NCBI GenBank assembly: GCA_020536535.1
Contig: JAHLWZ010000123.1
Coordinates: forward strand, 71,638-135,637
Reading direction: 5' to 3'
Length of the DNA stretch: 64,000 nt
DNA from: Pelomyxa schiedti
Lineage: Eukaryota > Protista > Evosea
Shown piece after piece: positions 34,302 through 52,653 of this stretch; position 1 is the first letter of the stretch, and every line of letters begins with the position of its first letter. Both the position numbers and the translations under genes were made by a program. The notes under the pieces were generated by a model, which made no database searches, was not told where the DNA came from, and saw nothing but the letters and a program-made list of their open reading frames with translations.

Positions 34302-34910
34302 AAAAACCGTTTTTTATTTCCCCAATTTTTACTGTGCTGTTCACCCATAGACATCACCCAGAGCACTCTTAGGATCAGAGTGCAAAAAAAAGTACATAAA
34401 TTGTTTACAAAGAACCCATTTTATTTAAAACACGTAGTAACAAAGGGGTGGTGCGCCAATAGAGTTGAACCGTGAAGAATCTGAAGCCGCAAAATCAAAC
34501 AGCACAGCCTCTCTGGGAGAAAAGTAAGTGTTGGAATTTCGGTTTACATTTACCTGTTGTTCCGGCGTTGTGGAGTCTTTGTTTTCATACGTGAAGGAAG
34601 GTCCCAAGCACTACAACAGGCACCACAGAAGCAGCAGCCGCAACCCCACCCCCAACAGCACCCACAGAAGGCACCACTGATAATTAATGACATAGCTATC
34701 TCATAAGAACCACCGCATCACGTTGGCCAGACAAACAACCCTGGCCTACTTCAAAAAAGGAAAATTTTTTTTCTATTCTAAACCAAACAACAAAAATTTT
34801 TTGATCAAATCCACAGTTGCACTAATAAATTGCTCTTGGCAACAAGCCGCGAGGCACCACAGCGAATCCATCCCCGCGACGACCGCCATAACCACCACGA
34901 GGTCCTCCCA

Positions 34911-41842
<6,932 letters not shown>

Positions 41843-42071
41843 TGACTACAAACCACCACAAGCCACACACACCAACAAGCAAAACAATCACAACGCAGAA
41901 CAGCAAATCAAACACCAAGTCTCAGCACTCAACAACCATTCACACTTTCGACCAGCAACACACTCACCCCAGTGACACCATTTCCCTGCTGGGTGTTGTC
42001 AAAAAAACAACAACCAAAATAAATAAAGATTTTCATCTGCCAATATCCTCACTTTTCCACAGAATTATCGT

Positions 42072-44193
42072 ATGAGCGGAGCCAACGCAGTTCAACAAGA
42101 CGATAACGGTGGGCGTGTTAGCGCACTGGTGTTTGTGGTGTGTCACCTGTGCGAGGTTGGGAGCGAGGTGGTGACTGCACGAGACATTGTGACCCTCGCC
42201 CGTAGCTGCAGATCTATGCACCGGATCTTATTGGGCCCGCCGCCGCTCATCGTCCCGGACTTTGCCCCGATTTCGAATGCTAACGGAAATGAACTGAGGC
42301 GCAGAGGCCGCGAAAAATGCGGCGCCACTTACAGACCGTATCCACTACCAAAGGCAAATGCTTGGGACGGTTGCGCCAGCAACGGCAGTACAAACTTGGA
42401 CAATGCAGTGGAACAGCAACTGAGTGGAATTTGTGGTGTTGGAGGTTCCCGTTATGGAACGGGAGGGACGGACAGCGTTGCGACGCTTGCTGCTTCTGAT
42501 GGCTTGGGTGTTGCGCTTAGTGGGGGGAGCTCAGTAGAGGAAAGTGTTGAGGAGTGCCATATCTGGAAAGACTTATGTGACCGAGATTTTGGGTGTGAAC
42601 TGAATCTATGCCGTGACGTCGAGTCATTTTGATTCACTCCCATTTGTTCTTGGATAGGAATTTGTTTGCAGGTCCCATATTGAACGTCCAGAGAATAAAT
42701 CCTGTCAGAGATCACTATTCTGTGGACCACTTTGAAACCGAAGATTTACCTTTACGTGACGCTCCAAAAAATGACGCAGATTGGTTGGTTGTACTGACTT
42801 TCATCGCCGGCATTGTGTGACTCCTTTAGGGCGTATACAAACGTACTAGGAATTTTGTGAGAACCCCACAGCGCATTCCCCTGAGATTGTCCACTTTTTC
42901 GTCACCACCAGAACACATTCAAGACTTTCCTAACTATGTATTCAATCACCTCACACATTCGGTTCCAGGTTTCATGTGCTCCCCACCCTCAAATCGTTAA
43001 TTCACTCAACTTAAGAATACCACTTCGATTCCCTGCCATGGAGTTGGAGTAAAAATCGCTCAGCCACAGAACATATTGAACTTTCAGAGTACTCTGCTAG
43101 TGAGCTGGTTTCAGACACATCTTTATAGAAATCTTTCATAGTTTCTCCTTAGTTTCCGTCTTTTCAAGCCACTCAACTTCCCGAGGGATGCGGCCTTGGT
43201 GAAATTGAGGTACATTCATGAATACCCGTTGTCTAGGTCCTCAATTCACCAGATTAAACACTGCTTCTACGAGTGCCTTTTTGTTAATGGAAATCCATTG
43301 GTACTGGATTACCCTGATTGTGATGGGAGCACTGGGAGATTGTTCATCAATTCTCAGTACACTATCTATAACAAGTACTCGATTAATCTGATGGAATGAA
43401 GGGCACATACAAAGAAAGTGGCTGAACTGAAAGAGGCATTAAGGAAAATGCAGAAAATGCAAGCAAGGGGAGCGATTGACCCCGGAATTCCGTTGTTCTC
43501 ACAGGTTCCCCCCTACCGGTACTAAGGGGCTTGTTTGTTCATAATACCTCCAGGTTTGGCCAATCGTAGAGTTGTTCAAGTCAAACACTGAAGTTGGCAT
43601 CAATTACACACCCCAATTTGTCTGGTGTTCCCTTTGCGCTCCTGATACTGAACATCTCTGGTACTACCCATACAAGTATGCACACAGCTTCTATTTTCCC
43701 TCAACCAACAAATTATTCCATTTTCTTGCTCAACACCCACAAGCGAACATACAGGGTATGGTGGGCCTAGCTTGCATTTAACACAGGTAGTTGCGAGCCT
43801 TGATGTCCAGTGCGTTAAGAAGTACTGTGATGCAATAATTCAAGGGGCCCGACCATATGTCATTCTCTTGACTTCACTGTAACTCTCGAGTTTATTGTAA
43901 CGTTGAATAAAAAACATTCAAAAGATACTGCCGGGTCACGTCATCTTACTATCTCCTTGATGGACACCACAAGTTTGCCGCGTATGATACCATACCACAA
44001 TTTACTGGTTGTCTGACGCTTACACAGCTATTGCCATCTTAAGATGTACCCTCCCGCTCTCATAATTCGGAATGGACACCTCGAAAGGCAACAGCCCCAC
44101 CACGCCCACGATTCCGCCACCGTGGAATCCATCTTCCCAACGGAAGAAGCCCGCCAACACTTCCGCGAAAGACTTCGTTTCGCCGACAGCTAA
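42072..44193 (+). CDS. Hypothetical protein: F-box-like N-terminus, C-terminal ParB/Srx-like DGHH motif
   Basis: ARDIVTLARSCRSMHRI..IWKDLCDRDFG is F-box-like. Late exons LDVQCVKKYCDAIIQGARP and YLLDGHHKFAA. Exon chain only partly resolved; stop TAA at 44191-44193. Confidence 0.55.
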
Positions 44194-44230
44194 GAGAAGG
44201 AAAAAAAAAAAAAACTGATCGATTCATGTC

Positions 44231-45148
44231 TCAAGAGAAGAATTCTTGAGTGGCATCGTGGATTCCACAGTTATCTAGCCAAACGCCACAAATGTGATGA
44301 AACAAGTCACCATGCCCAATGATGTACACGCAAGGCGGAGGTGGTGTCCCACAATTGCCACTGGCAGGCTCGGAAGGGGGCACCAGCGCCAGCTGGTCCC
44401 TAACAAGCCTCTTGAGTGCGTGTATCCTGGCCGCCAGTGCCTCCTCAGTCTCAGCGAACCTCGTCCTCGCAAACTCCTTGCACCAGAAGTACTCGTTCAC
44501 AGGCTTGAACAGCGGGATCCCGTCGGGGCCCACGTCCTCCGGCCTCAGGCCGACGCTCCCGGCGCGTGCCGTATCTCCTCCGTCCTTGTCCGAGTCCTGG
44601 GGCGGGGTCCACCACCACACCTCGCCGTCGGGCATCAGCGACCAGTCAAAGTCCTCGTGCCCGTGCCTCACGATGGACGTGGGCCGGCCCACGTCGCAGC
44701 TGTCCCGCAGGAACTCGGCCGCCAGCGGGGTCACTATCACCCTGGGCAGGGGCCTGGCCGCGGGCTTGCCGGCGGTGAGGCACGCCGGCGGCGGGGTGGT
44801 CAGGGCAACAGTGGCTGTCTGCAGCGCCCTGGACAGCGGGCTGACAACGACCAGGGCAGGGGGGTCCACGGCAACGGCGTTGGCCAGTACTTTGGCTTGG
44901 TCTATACCACGCGGTGTCAATGCGGCATCAAAGATCATGGGATCAACCCTGTGAGGAGACGTAAGGCCAACATTGTGTCGTTTTTTTGTTCCCGAGCAAG
45001 TGGAGGGAGGACAGGACTAACACTACGGAGTGCGAAAAAAAAACGAACAAAGCACTCACTCTGGGTTAGCGTTTTTGGCCTGGTTCCAGTAGGACTCCCC
45101 ATGTCGAACGAGAAAGACACGGCCGCTGCAGTGAGTATCGGCGGACAT
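44231..45148 (-). CDS. Histidine phosphatase (phosphoglycerate mutase-like) family protein
   Basis: Exon 1 MSADTHCSGRVFLVRHGESYWN (RHG motif). Exon 2 DAALTPRGIDQA, VVSPLSRALQTA, IIGHG. Confidence 0.9.
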
Positions 45149-45189
45149 ACGCGAAAACGCGAAATTGCTATCTCTTACATTTTCGTGTT

Positions 45190-47430
45190 TTAATCCATGC
45201 CACAGGTTTTTTTGTTTTTGTGTTTTCTGGCATGGGGTTGGTCTTGTGTTGGGGAGACCAAGTGTTGATTTGTCAAGCGACGGTAGAGGTACATAATTGG
45301 CTTGGAGAGAATACCCCGGAGTAGCGCTAGGGGTCTATCAGAGGCGAAAGTCTTGTCCTTTCGGTTGTAGAGAGCACTCCATCTTCGGGCAAGGAGTGTG
45401 ATTGTGGAACCAAAAAACAGTGCAATGACTGTGCCGGTCAGTGTGCACACATTGTAAGGCATGCCTTGTTGCAGAGTTAGAGGTTTATTCAAAAAGCGGA
45501 GTGACATACTGAAATCGGGCAGTGGCAGTGTCACGGATAGCTGCTCGGTGTACAAAGTGGCCGGAAATGTTGTATACAACGAAATAGAGGGGTGCCATCC
45601 ATCGTATCTCACATTGGCGTAGCTGTTACCTGCACTCGCAACATGCGCAGATACAACAGTGGAAGGAAGATCCCAGCCCCTTTTCGTTGATTAGTGGTGT
45701 TTTCAAGTGGTGGTTTCACTCAAACCTGTGTGCATCAGGAGGGTGCTTGTCGATGTGAAGAAAGACTTTTTCAAATTGAATAGAAACAGTCAGCTCTGCC
45801 TTCGGGGGTAAGGTGACACCCCATTCAAATATACTGGGTTCTTCGCCATTTCCAAGGCTCATGTTAAACCAATTGAAAGCTATTTTTCGATGTGAGGAAC
45901 GAAGTACAAGGAGTATCAGTAACCTCCGTAATCTAACTGTTGGTCATCCAGTTTCAGTGTGAGAGAGGAAATATAAGGTCTCACGAAAAATGGGAAGATC
46001 TGGAGGACATCAATGCTGGATGATTGCATCCCTTCATGGTTTTGCAGATTCAGTACAATTCCTCCCCTTTCATCACCGTGTCCAGTTAGGTATTGGTGCG
46101 CCGTTACTGGAATATTGGACGGAATGCTAAGTGCTGACTGCTTGAGTGGGGTTGTAATAGAAAGGGTGGACACTGGTGATTCCTTCAAGTTGAACACTTG
46201 TGCCTTGTACGGTGGGAAAGGGGTAACAACAGTGGAATGTGGCTTGGGGGTTAGGTTGGCAACGTTTGTGTCTGCTTCAACAATTATATTGCTCTTGGAG
46301 GATACTGGGCATGCACTGAGTACAGTTCCCTTCGGAATCATTTGGTCAATATTGAATCCTTTTGCGTGTTTCAGTAGCTATTTGATTTAGGGCAATCTTA
46401 CCTCCATTACTATCAATAACCACTGTGTATGTGAATAGAAATTGGATGTACGGCTTGTCGTCAAAGATGAGGTGGTGTACAATTAAGCTCATTGAGTTGT
46501 AGTGCATATTAAACAGTGCATACGGAGACAGCATAACACCCAAGCCAACCTGTTAATTTGAGAACTCATGGTTACATCTTTTGGATACCTTGCCACGACA
46601 AGGTAACAATTTCAAAAGGGGTGTGAGGTTTTCTGTGCAAACTGCTTCTCTTGGAAGAACACCATATCTGGCTGGTCTGGGAAGTGCTTCCTTTCCTTCT
46701 AAAGTTGGGGCTGAGCGGTGATGCAAACCCACTGGCTTGCACGTCGCGGGCTCGTCCATCAAATTGAAGGATCCACAAACAAGACCTGACAAGGCATTCC
46801 TTAGTTGCTTCCATTGAGCATCAACATTGATATCTCTGGAAGTGAATTCAACCCACAACTCAGCACCAAGTGGAGCAGCAACTGGAGGGTACCCCCACTT
46901 GTCATAGAGCCACCTGCTCTAAGTGTGCAAAAAGAGAGAAAATTACATTACGCTAATGCGCACGGAAACTAAAAACCTGAGTTAGTGACAGACGCATATC
47001 ATGAACGGAATTCGTCAGCAGTACTCTTGCAAGTGACTTGGGGAATAAATTATAATTCTGTTAAGAAAAGGGGAGATGTTAGCGAGAAGACATCCTTCTA
47101 TAACATGGACGCAGACGAAACAAAAAAGAGAAAAAAAAAAAAAAAATGAAAGGGGTAACTAACCATTTCTTCCAGTTGTGCCACAGCAGTGGTGACGTTG
47201 AACTGCAGATACGCCATGTACGCTTCGACCCTTGGCGACGGCGATGCAGCATCGAAGGGGTTGGGTGGAACAAGGGGTCTCAAGACCAGCGCCTCCTCGT
47301 ACCACGACTCACTCGGCCCGACGCCCTCCTCTCCACCACACAGCGACGACCCAACCACCAACAAGATCGTTGTCATCATGGCCAGCTCGTATTTCCGCCC
47401 ACGCCACCGCCACGTGAGTCCTGCTCCCAT
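45190..47430 (-). CDS. PIGT: GPI transamidase component PIG-T/GPI16
   Basis: Signal peptide (alternative ATG 47379), YEEALVLRPL, LRNALSGLVCGSFN, LPREAVCTENLTPLLKLLPC, LPLPDFSMPYNVCTLTGTVIALFFGS. Confidence 0.93.
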
Positions 47431-47582
47431 GCTTTACCAGAGATTGCTTAAAACTACCACCCAAAACACGGTACCATTACCAGAACGACGGTCAACCCGC
47501 AGGGGCGTCTTCCTTTGGGACAAACCTAACACAACAGAACTATTTTTCCCGTGCACGGAAGGGAACTTGGGTGAAGAAAACC

Positions 47583-49709
47583 TCAGTTAAGTTTGTGGTG
47601 TGGCTCTGCTTGTGGTGGTGCCATTGCGGTACCTGTTGGTGGTGGCCTGTAGGAAGAAGCTTCGGGAGACGGGAAAAAGCTTCTAAAGACAGCCACAATC
47701 TGTGGCCAAACTGGTCCTTTTTGGCGGGAGCCCAAATAAAAGTCAAGCAGCTTGTAGAGGATTTGAGTCAGTGCCAGCACTCCAAACACCACAGTGAGAA
47801 ACAGCAGCAACATGACTTTGTAACCCTGCTTCTGCAGCTCCTCTGCCATCTCAACTAACTCCTTTGCCTCCTCGCTGACGGCGAATCCTTTGATCCCCTC
47901 CAACCGCTTCTTCTCTGCCTGCACGTCGGCCTCTGTCCGAATGGCTTCGGCCTCTTGCTTCTTGATTGCTGCACCCACTTTGGCTTGGTCCCTGGCCCTC
48001 TCAGCTTCCCGCAGCTGCGAGGTAATAGCCTCCTTCTCCCTACTCGCTTCCGCCCGTATCATGGCAGCCTCAATTTTCGCCTCCTCGAGTGATTTCCTTG
48101 CAGCCGATGTATATTGCAGTGCGTCATCTCTGATCTTGGCAGTACCACGAATATCTGAGAGTTATTCTTAGTGCCAAGTGTGGAACAGAATAAAGAGGCA
48201 ACCTTGAACCACTGCAAAAAACTGAATGTCTCCTTTACCCTTTGACTGCCAATTTGGTTGCGGGTCGCCAACCACGCGTCATACTTGAATTCTGAGGCCC
48301 TTTTCAGGGGTGGGTACCTATGTGACACAAAAGTTGGAGAATGATAACGATAGATTGGGGTGTAACCCCTGAATATGCTCAAGCAAGTTGATGTTATCCC
48401 TGTAAGTGTAGTGTTGAGAAAGGCAAGCAGTTAGGTGGAAGCTCACCAAGGACTCTTTGTATCCCACGGGTTTATTGGGACAGAGTGTCCTCCAAAAACA
48501 GGGATGTCACGCTCCTGACCTGAAACTGCAAAAATACGTACCAATTCCTTGATATTTGGGGTATTTGTGAGGGCATGCAATTTGTCCCAAACCTATTATT
48601 TGTCACAGTAAGTTTCTGGTTGATTTGATTGTGCACACTTTCTCTTTCATCAGTTCTATTTGTTTGGGACTGTATGCATCTGCTTTTGCAAGAATTGGTA
48701 TGACAGTGGCGTATCGCATGGCAATTTCGATGGCTGGGATATCTGAACCGAGTATCCTGATGGCAATGACGCCAATTAAATGAAGAAAAAGAAACCTGTG
48801 GGGAAGCAAAAGATAAAACACAATGTGGAATATCTTTTCTCTCTCCTGTTTCAACCACCGTCCCAGCAATTGTTGCTCAATGAGTTCATAACTGTAGTAT
48901 ATTGACAAACAAACGAACTGGTGACTTATTACCCGGCCTGTAATGCTACATTGGGGAGTTGTAAGCCTTCAGTCAACATCCCGGGTATATCCAAAATGTG
49001 TAGATGGAGCTTTGTATCATTCTTGAGAGTAATAACTGCAGTATAAGGAGTGGGCTGTTTTGTCGAGTCCTGAATAGTATCTTGCCGCTTCTTGTCCAGT
49101 AGAGCAGTGACATTTTGGCAGCCGACGTTAAATTCCGGGTCGTTGCTACGCTGTGTATCTATGGAATCTGTGAAGAAAACCAAACGAGTGACAGATCGTG
49201 CCTGCTTGGGCATTCCTTAGGAGAAGACTTTGAATTAGAGAAGTCTTTCCCGATCCACTCATCCCTGTATCAGTGTTTATAGAAGCAGCTAGAAAGTGAT
49301 GCTACCAATGAACATTATGTTAAGGTTACTCCCAATGTCTTCCTCAGGAGTGAAATTGGTCTCCAATGGAGACTCATTACGATATACGCGGTTTCTTTCT
49401 TGCTCGTCATGCTCCTCTTTTTTTGCCACAGTCTTCGCAATAGGAAGTTAAACGGTTTTAAATTGAACACGTTAACCACAAACACAAACAAACCATTGCA
49501 TCAAGTATCTGCTGCCTTTGGTTTGCGAGCTGCGTATATGAATCCAAATTGGCACAAAGCTTCGTTTCGATATCATTCAACTCCGTCCGCTGTGAGCGCA
49601 AGAGTTCCTTGAATTTCGCGCCCGTTGCTGCTGTTCCTGTAGCGGCGGTGGCGGTTGTGGCGGCCCCGGTTGTGTTTGCGTTTGCACCCACGGAACTCTC
49701 CGTCGCCAT
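47583..49709 (-). CDS. Septin-like GTPase with N-terminal coiled coil, C-terminal coiled coil and transmembrane helix
   Basis: G1 NIMFIG|MSGSGKTSLI; G3 LHILDIPG; HIVFYLL; G4 VIPILAKADAYS (septin-type AKAD); TM KVMLLLFLTVVFGVLALTQILY. Confidence 0.78.
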
Positions 49710-49874
49710 AGTGGGTGGTCGGTTTGTCCAAACCCAGCACAAAAACCAAGTTTTATGTTTCTTTTTCGGTGGTTGAGGTTGGATTTCCCAGTACCACGCA
49801 AAACTCGCTCGACAGGGTTCATCTCCACATGTGGGAATTGTGTTGAATAGATGCCAAACTTCGAGGCGCGGCCC

Positions 49875-50853
49875 CTAGTAGTACTTTCTTTCTCGCATTA
49901 CTGCCTTACTTGTTCTTTGTCTGCGGTGGTACCAACCCAGACACAGCTCAAAGCACCACCAGCAAATTCGAGGGATGGCTATAAGACCAAACACTACAGT
50001 TAGAACCATCAGCCACCTGATCCTACTGGCCTGCCGTATCATCTCATCTGCCTTTGTGCCTACATTATCGATCTCATTCCGGAATTCAGTGTAGCCCTTG
50101 AGTATCTTCAGTCTATGGTTCTCTACCTCGAGTGTTACAGCTGTCAACATGTCTCGTACCTCTTGGCTCTTAGTAAGGGCATCCAGCTTCTGTCTGCTGG
50201 CCTCCAAATTAGCATCTTCCAGTGCCTTGCTGGCTTCAGCACGGAGATTCTGTGCTTCCTCCCGAGCTTCCTGCCTGATAGTGCTGGCAACCGATTTTGC
50301 CTCCTCTAATGCCTTTCTGGCTTCCGTGAGGGATCCTTGTGCTTCCTCCATTATCTTGGCGCTTCCCAGTTGCGCTGCAGCGAGCGCATCCTGCCTGATA
50401 GTGCTGGCCACCAACTTCGCATCATCCAGTGCCTTGCTTGCCTCAGCAGTGAGGTTGCCTGCTTCCTCCCGAGCTTCCTTCCTGATGGTGCTGGCCTCGG
50501 CTTTGGCATTCTCTAAAGTCTCTCTGGCTTCAGTGAAGAACCGTTGTGCTGCCTCCAACATCTGTGCAGCCTCCCGTTGTGCCTGTTCACTACGTTCCTG
50601 TGCGACCGTCCTGTGAGCCCTTATTTCTTCGAGTACCGTCTCCGCCTCCTTTTGAGGGTAAAGTTAGTGCTTGCACTGCATGCTACTAGTACTACGGATT
50701 AGGGTTCCGTAGTAACACAACGCCTTTCGTTTGTGCGTTTAACGGTACGTTTAAGGAACGACTGAGTTGGTCCACGCTTTCGGTGAGTGTCGTCTCTGCT
50801 GCCAAAGACACCGACAGCACAATCAAGACTAACGCCAGACACCACGGCACCAT
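49875..50853 (-). CDS. Signal peptide + repeated coiled coil + C-terminal TM protein, paralogous to the C-terminus of the adjacent septin-like gene
   Basis: MVPWCLALVLIVLSVSLAA (upstream ATG at 50928 also possible); EAxxALxxAKxxASTIRxEA repeats; TM RWLMVLTVVFGLIAIPRICWW. Confidence 0.75.
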
Positions 50854-51098
50854 TTTATGGTTTAGTGCCTTTCCCAAAAGGCGTGCACCAAACTGGTTTC
50901 TTCTTTGTGCTATTTCAGAGAAACACACCTCAATACATATGCAATGGCTCGCAGCCTCCCACTTCGAGTGACTGCCTTATAAACTGTCGTCTCTTTTGAT
51001 GCGTCTTGTATGCCACTCTTTCGGGAGTTTGCATTGAGTGATTGTAATTGCACCTTCTTTGACCAACATTACGTTCTTTCTCAGGAAACCATCATCAA

Positions 51099-51291
51099 AT
51101 GGCGTCTGTTGCGGTCGAGACCGACACACCAGCCACAAGGTGGCTCACGGAGCGTGGATTCACGTTCGTAACGCACCCCGTGGTGCATCAGATGAACCCC
51201 GGTGAGACTCTGTGCCAATCATTCGCCAGGCAATTGAGTGCCCCTGCCTACAATGTGTGTGCTTTTTGGCCTCTTTGGCACCGTCTTTGTG

Positions 51292-51327
<36 letters not shown>

Positions 51328-52054
51328 TTTGTGTGTTATTGCTTATTGGTGTGGTGCGAGTTGTGTTTTTTAAGGTGTGGAGCCTGGTTTTTAAGTTGCT
51401 CAAAAGTTATAAAAAACCCTGGAACTACCTGTGTGAGCTAATTTACTGAAACAGGTTCTGAAAACGATGGTGTTTGAGTATGGCAACGATTCACCTTGCA
51501 TTGTGGTGATGCATGGTGATGCCAAGATAGACACAGCTGCCCTCACATCGGCCCTCGCTCCCTACAGAACGCCCACACCCACAATCACACCTTCACCTGC
51601 ATCCGGCACCCCAAATCCCCCTACACAACCTACACCTCCCTCAGCCACTACAACAACAACAACAAGTTCAGAATCAACCTCGGCTTCACCCACTTCTCCT
51701 ACTTCCACACCAGCCTCTGTACCACCATCAGATAAAACAGCTGCTAGTACAAAAAAGAAGAGGCAACCAACACCAAAGAAAGCACCAGCTGTGTCTAGTA
51801 AGCCACCTTCAGCAAAGCTGGCGCCTCCGGATTATGCAAATTCATGGACTGGGTATGTATTTGGTGGAACCTCACCGTTTGGACTGAAGAGGGAGATACC
51901 AGTGGTGCTTCTGCAGAGGACTGTGGCTGAAATCCCACCCACTGACAAGCTGTACATCAATGGGGGTTCCCAAACTCTGGTTCTGGAAATGGTGTGCCAG
52001 GACTTTGTTAGAGCTCTCAAGCCCACTGCTCTTGTTGATGTGGTTAAGCTCTAG
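51099..52054 (+). CDS. ybaK: YbaK/EbsC aminoacyl-tRNA deacylase (INS superfamily) with Pro/Thr-rich insertion; one intron
   Basis: TPATRWL, VLKTMVF (conserved Lys), TGYVFGGTSPFG, LYINGG. Confidence 0.87.
51293..51326 (+). repeat. Poly(T) tract (34 nt) inside the ybaK intron
   Basis: Uninterrupted T run; it produces the poly-Phe artefacts in ORFs 51099 and 51238. Confidence 0.9.
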
Positions 52055-52653
52055 CCTTCTCAACCTCTTTGGTGACAGCCAGTTTTTTTTTTTCCTATGG
52101 TCAGTGGCTTCTTCATCAAGATACCAATAATGCTCCAGGATTCAGGTAAATCGAGATAAATGGGAGGTAGGATGTTACCCTACATTAGAAAAAGGGTAAT
52201 CTGTTGTAGGGAGGGCAACAAAGGCCACTGAGGCCAACTCATAATCGCTCCCACAAAACACGCCATGATCCTCGTCGCAAATCGCTGAGACAATGGCGTT
52301 TACTGCGGGGAAGGACGCACTCCAAGTGGAGGGTGAGTCTCACCATCACGGCGTCGCTCTCTGCGCCTGCCGCCGGTTGTGTCGTCGTTTCTCAGGGAAC
52401 CCGAAACTCAACTGTTCAATGGAACTTTGATCTTACAGATAGTGTAAGATTCCATTCGACTGGCTTTTTTCTCTAAAAAAAAGGAGAAAAATAATTTAAA
52501 ACAAACAGAGCAAACACACAGTTTTGATCAACAAAACACCGACACTCACCGTTTGTGACGAGATCTTGACATAGTTCCCCTGCGTGCAAACACAAACTCG
52601 ACAAATACCAACACAACAAAGCAGTAAGTATCTGTATACGTATATCCGGCACG

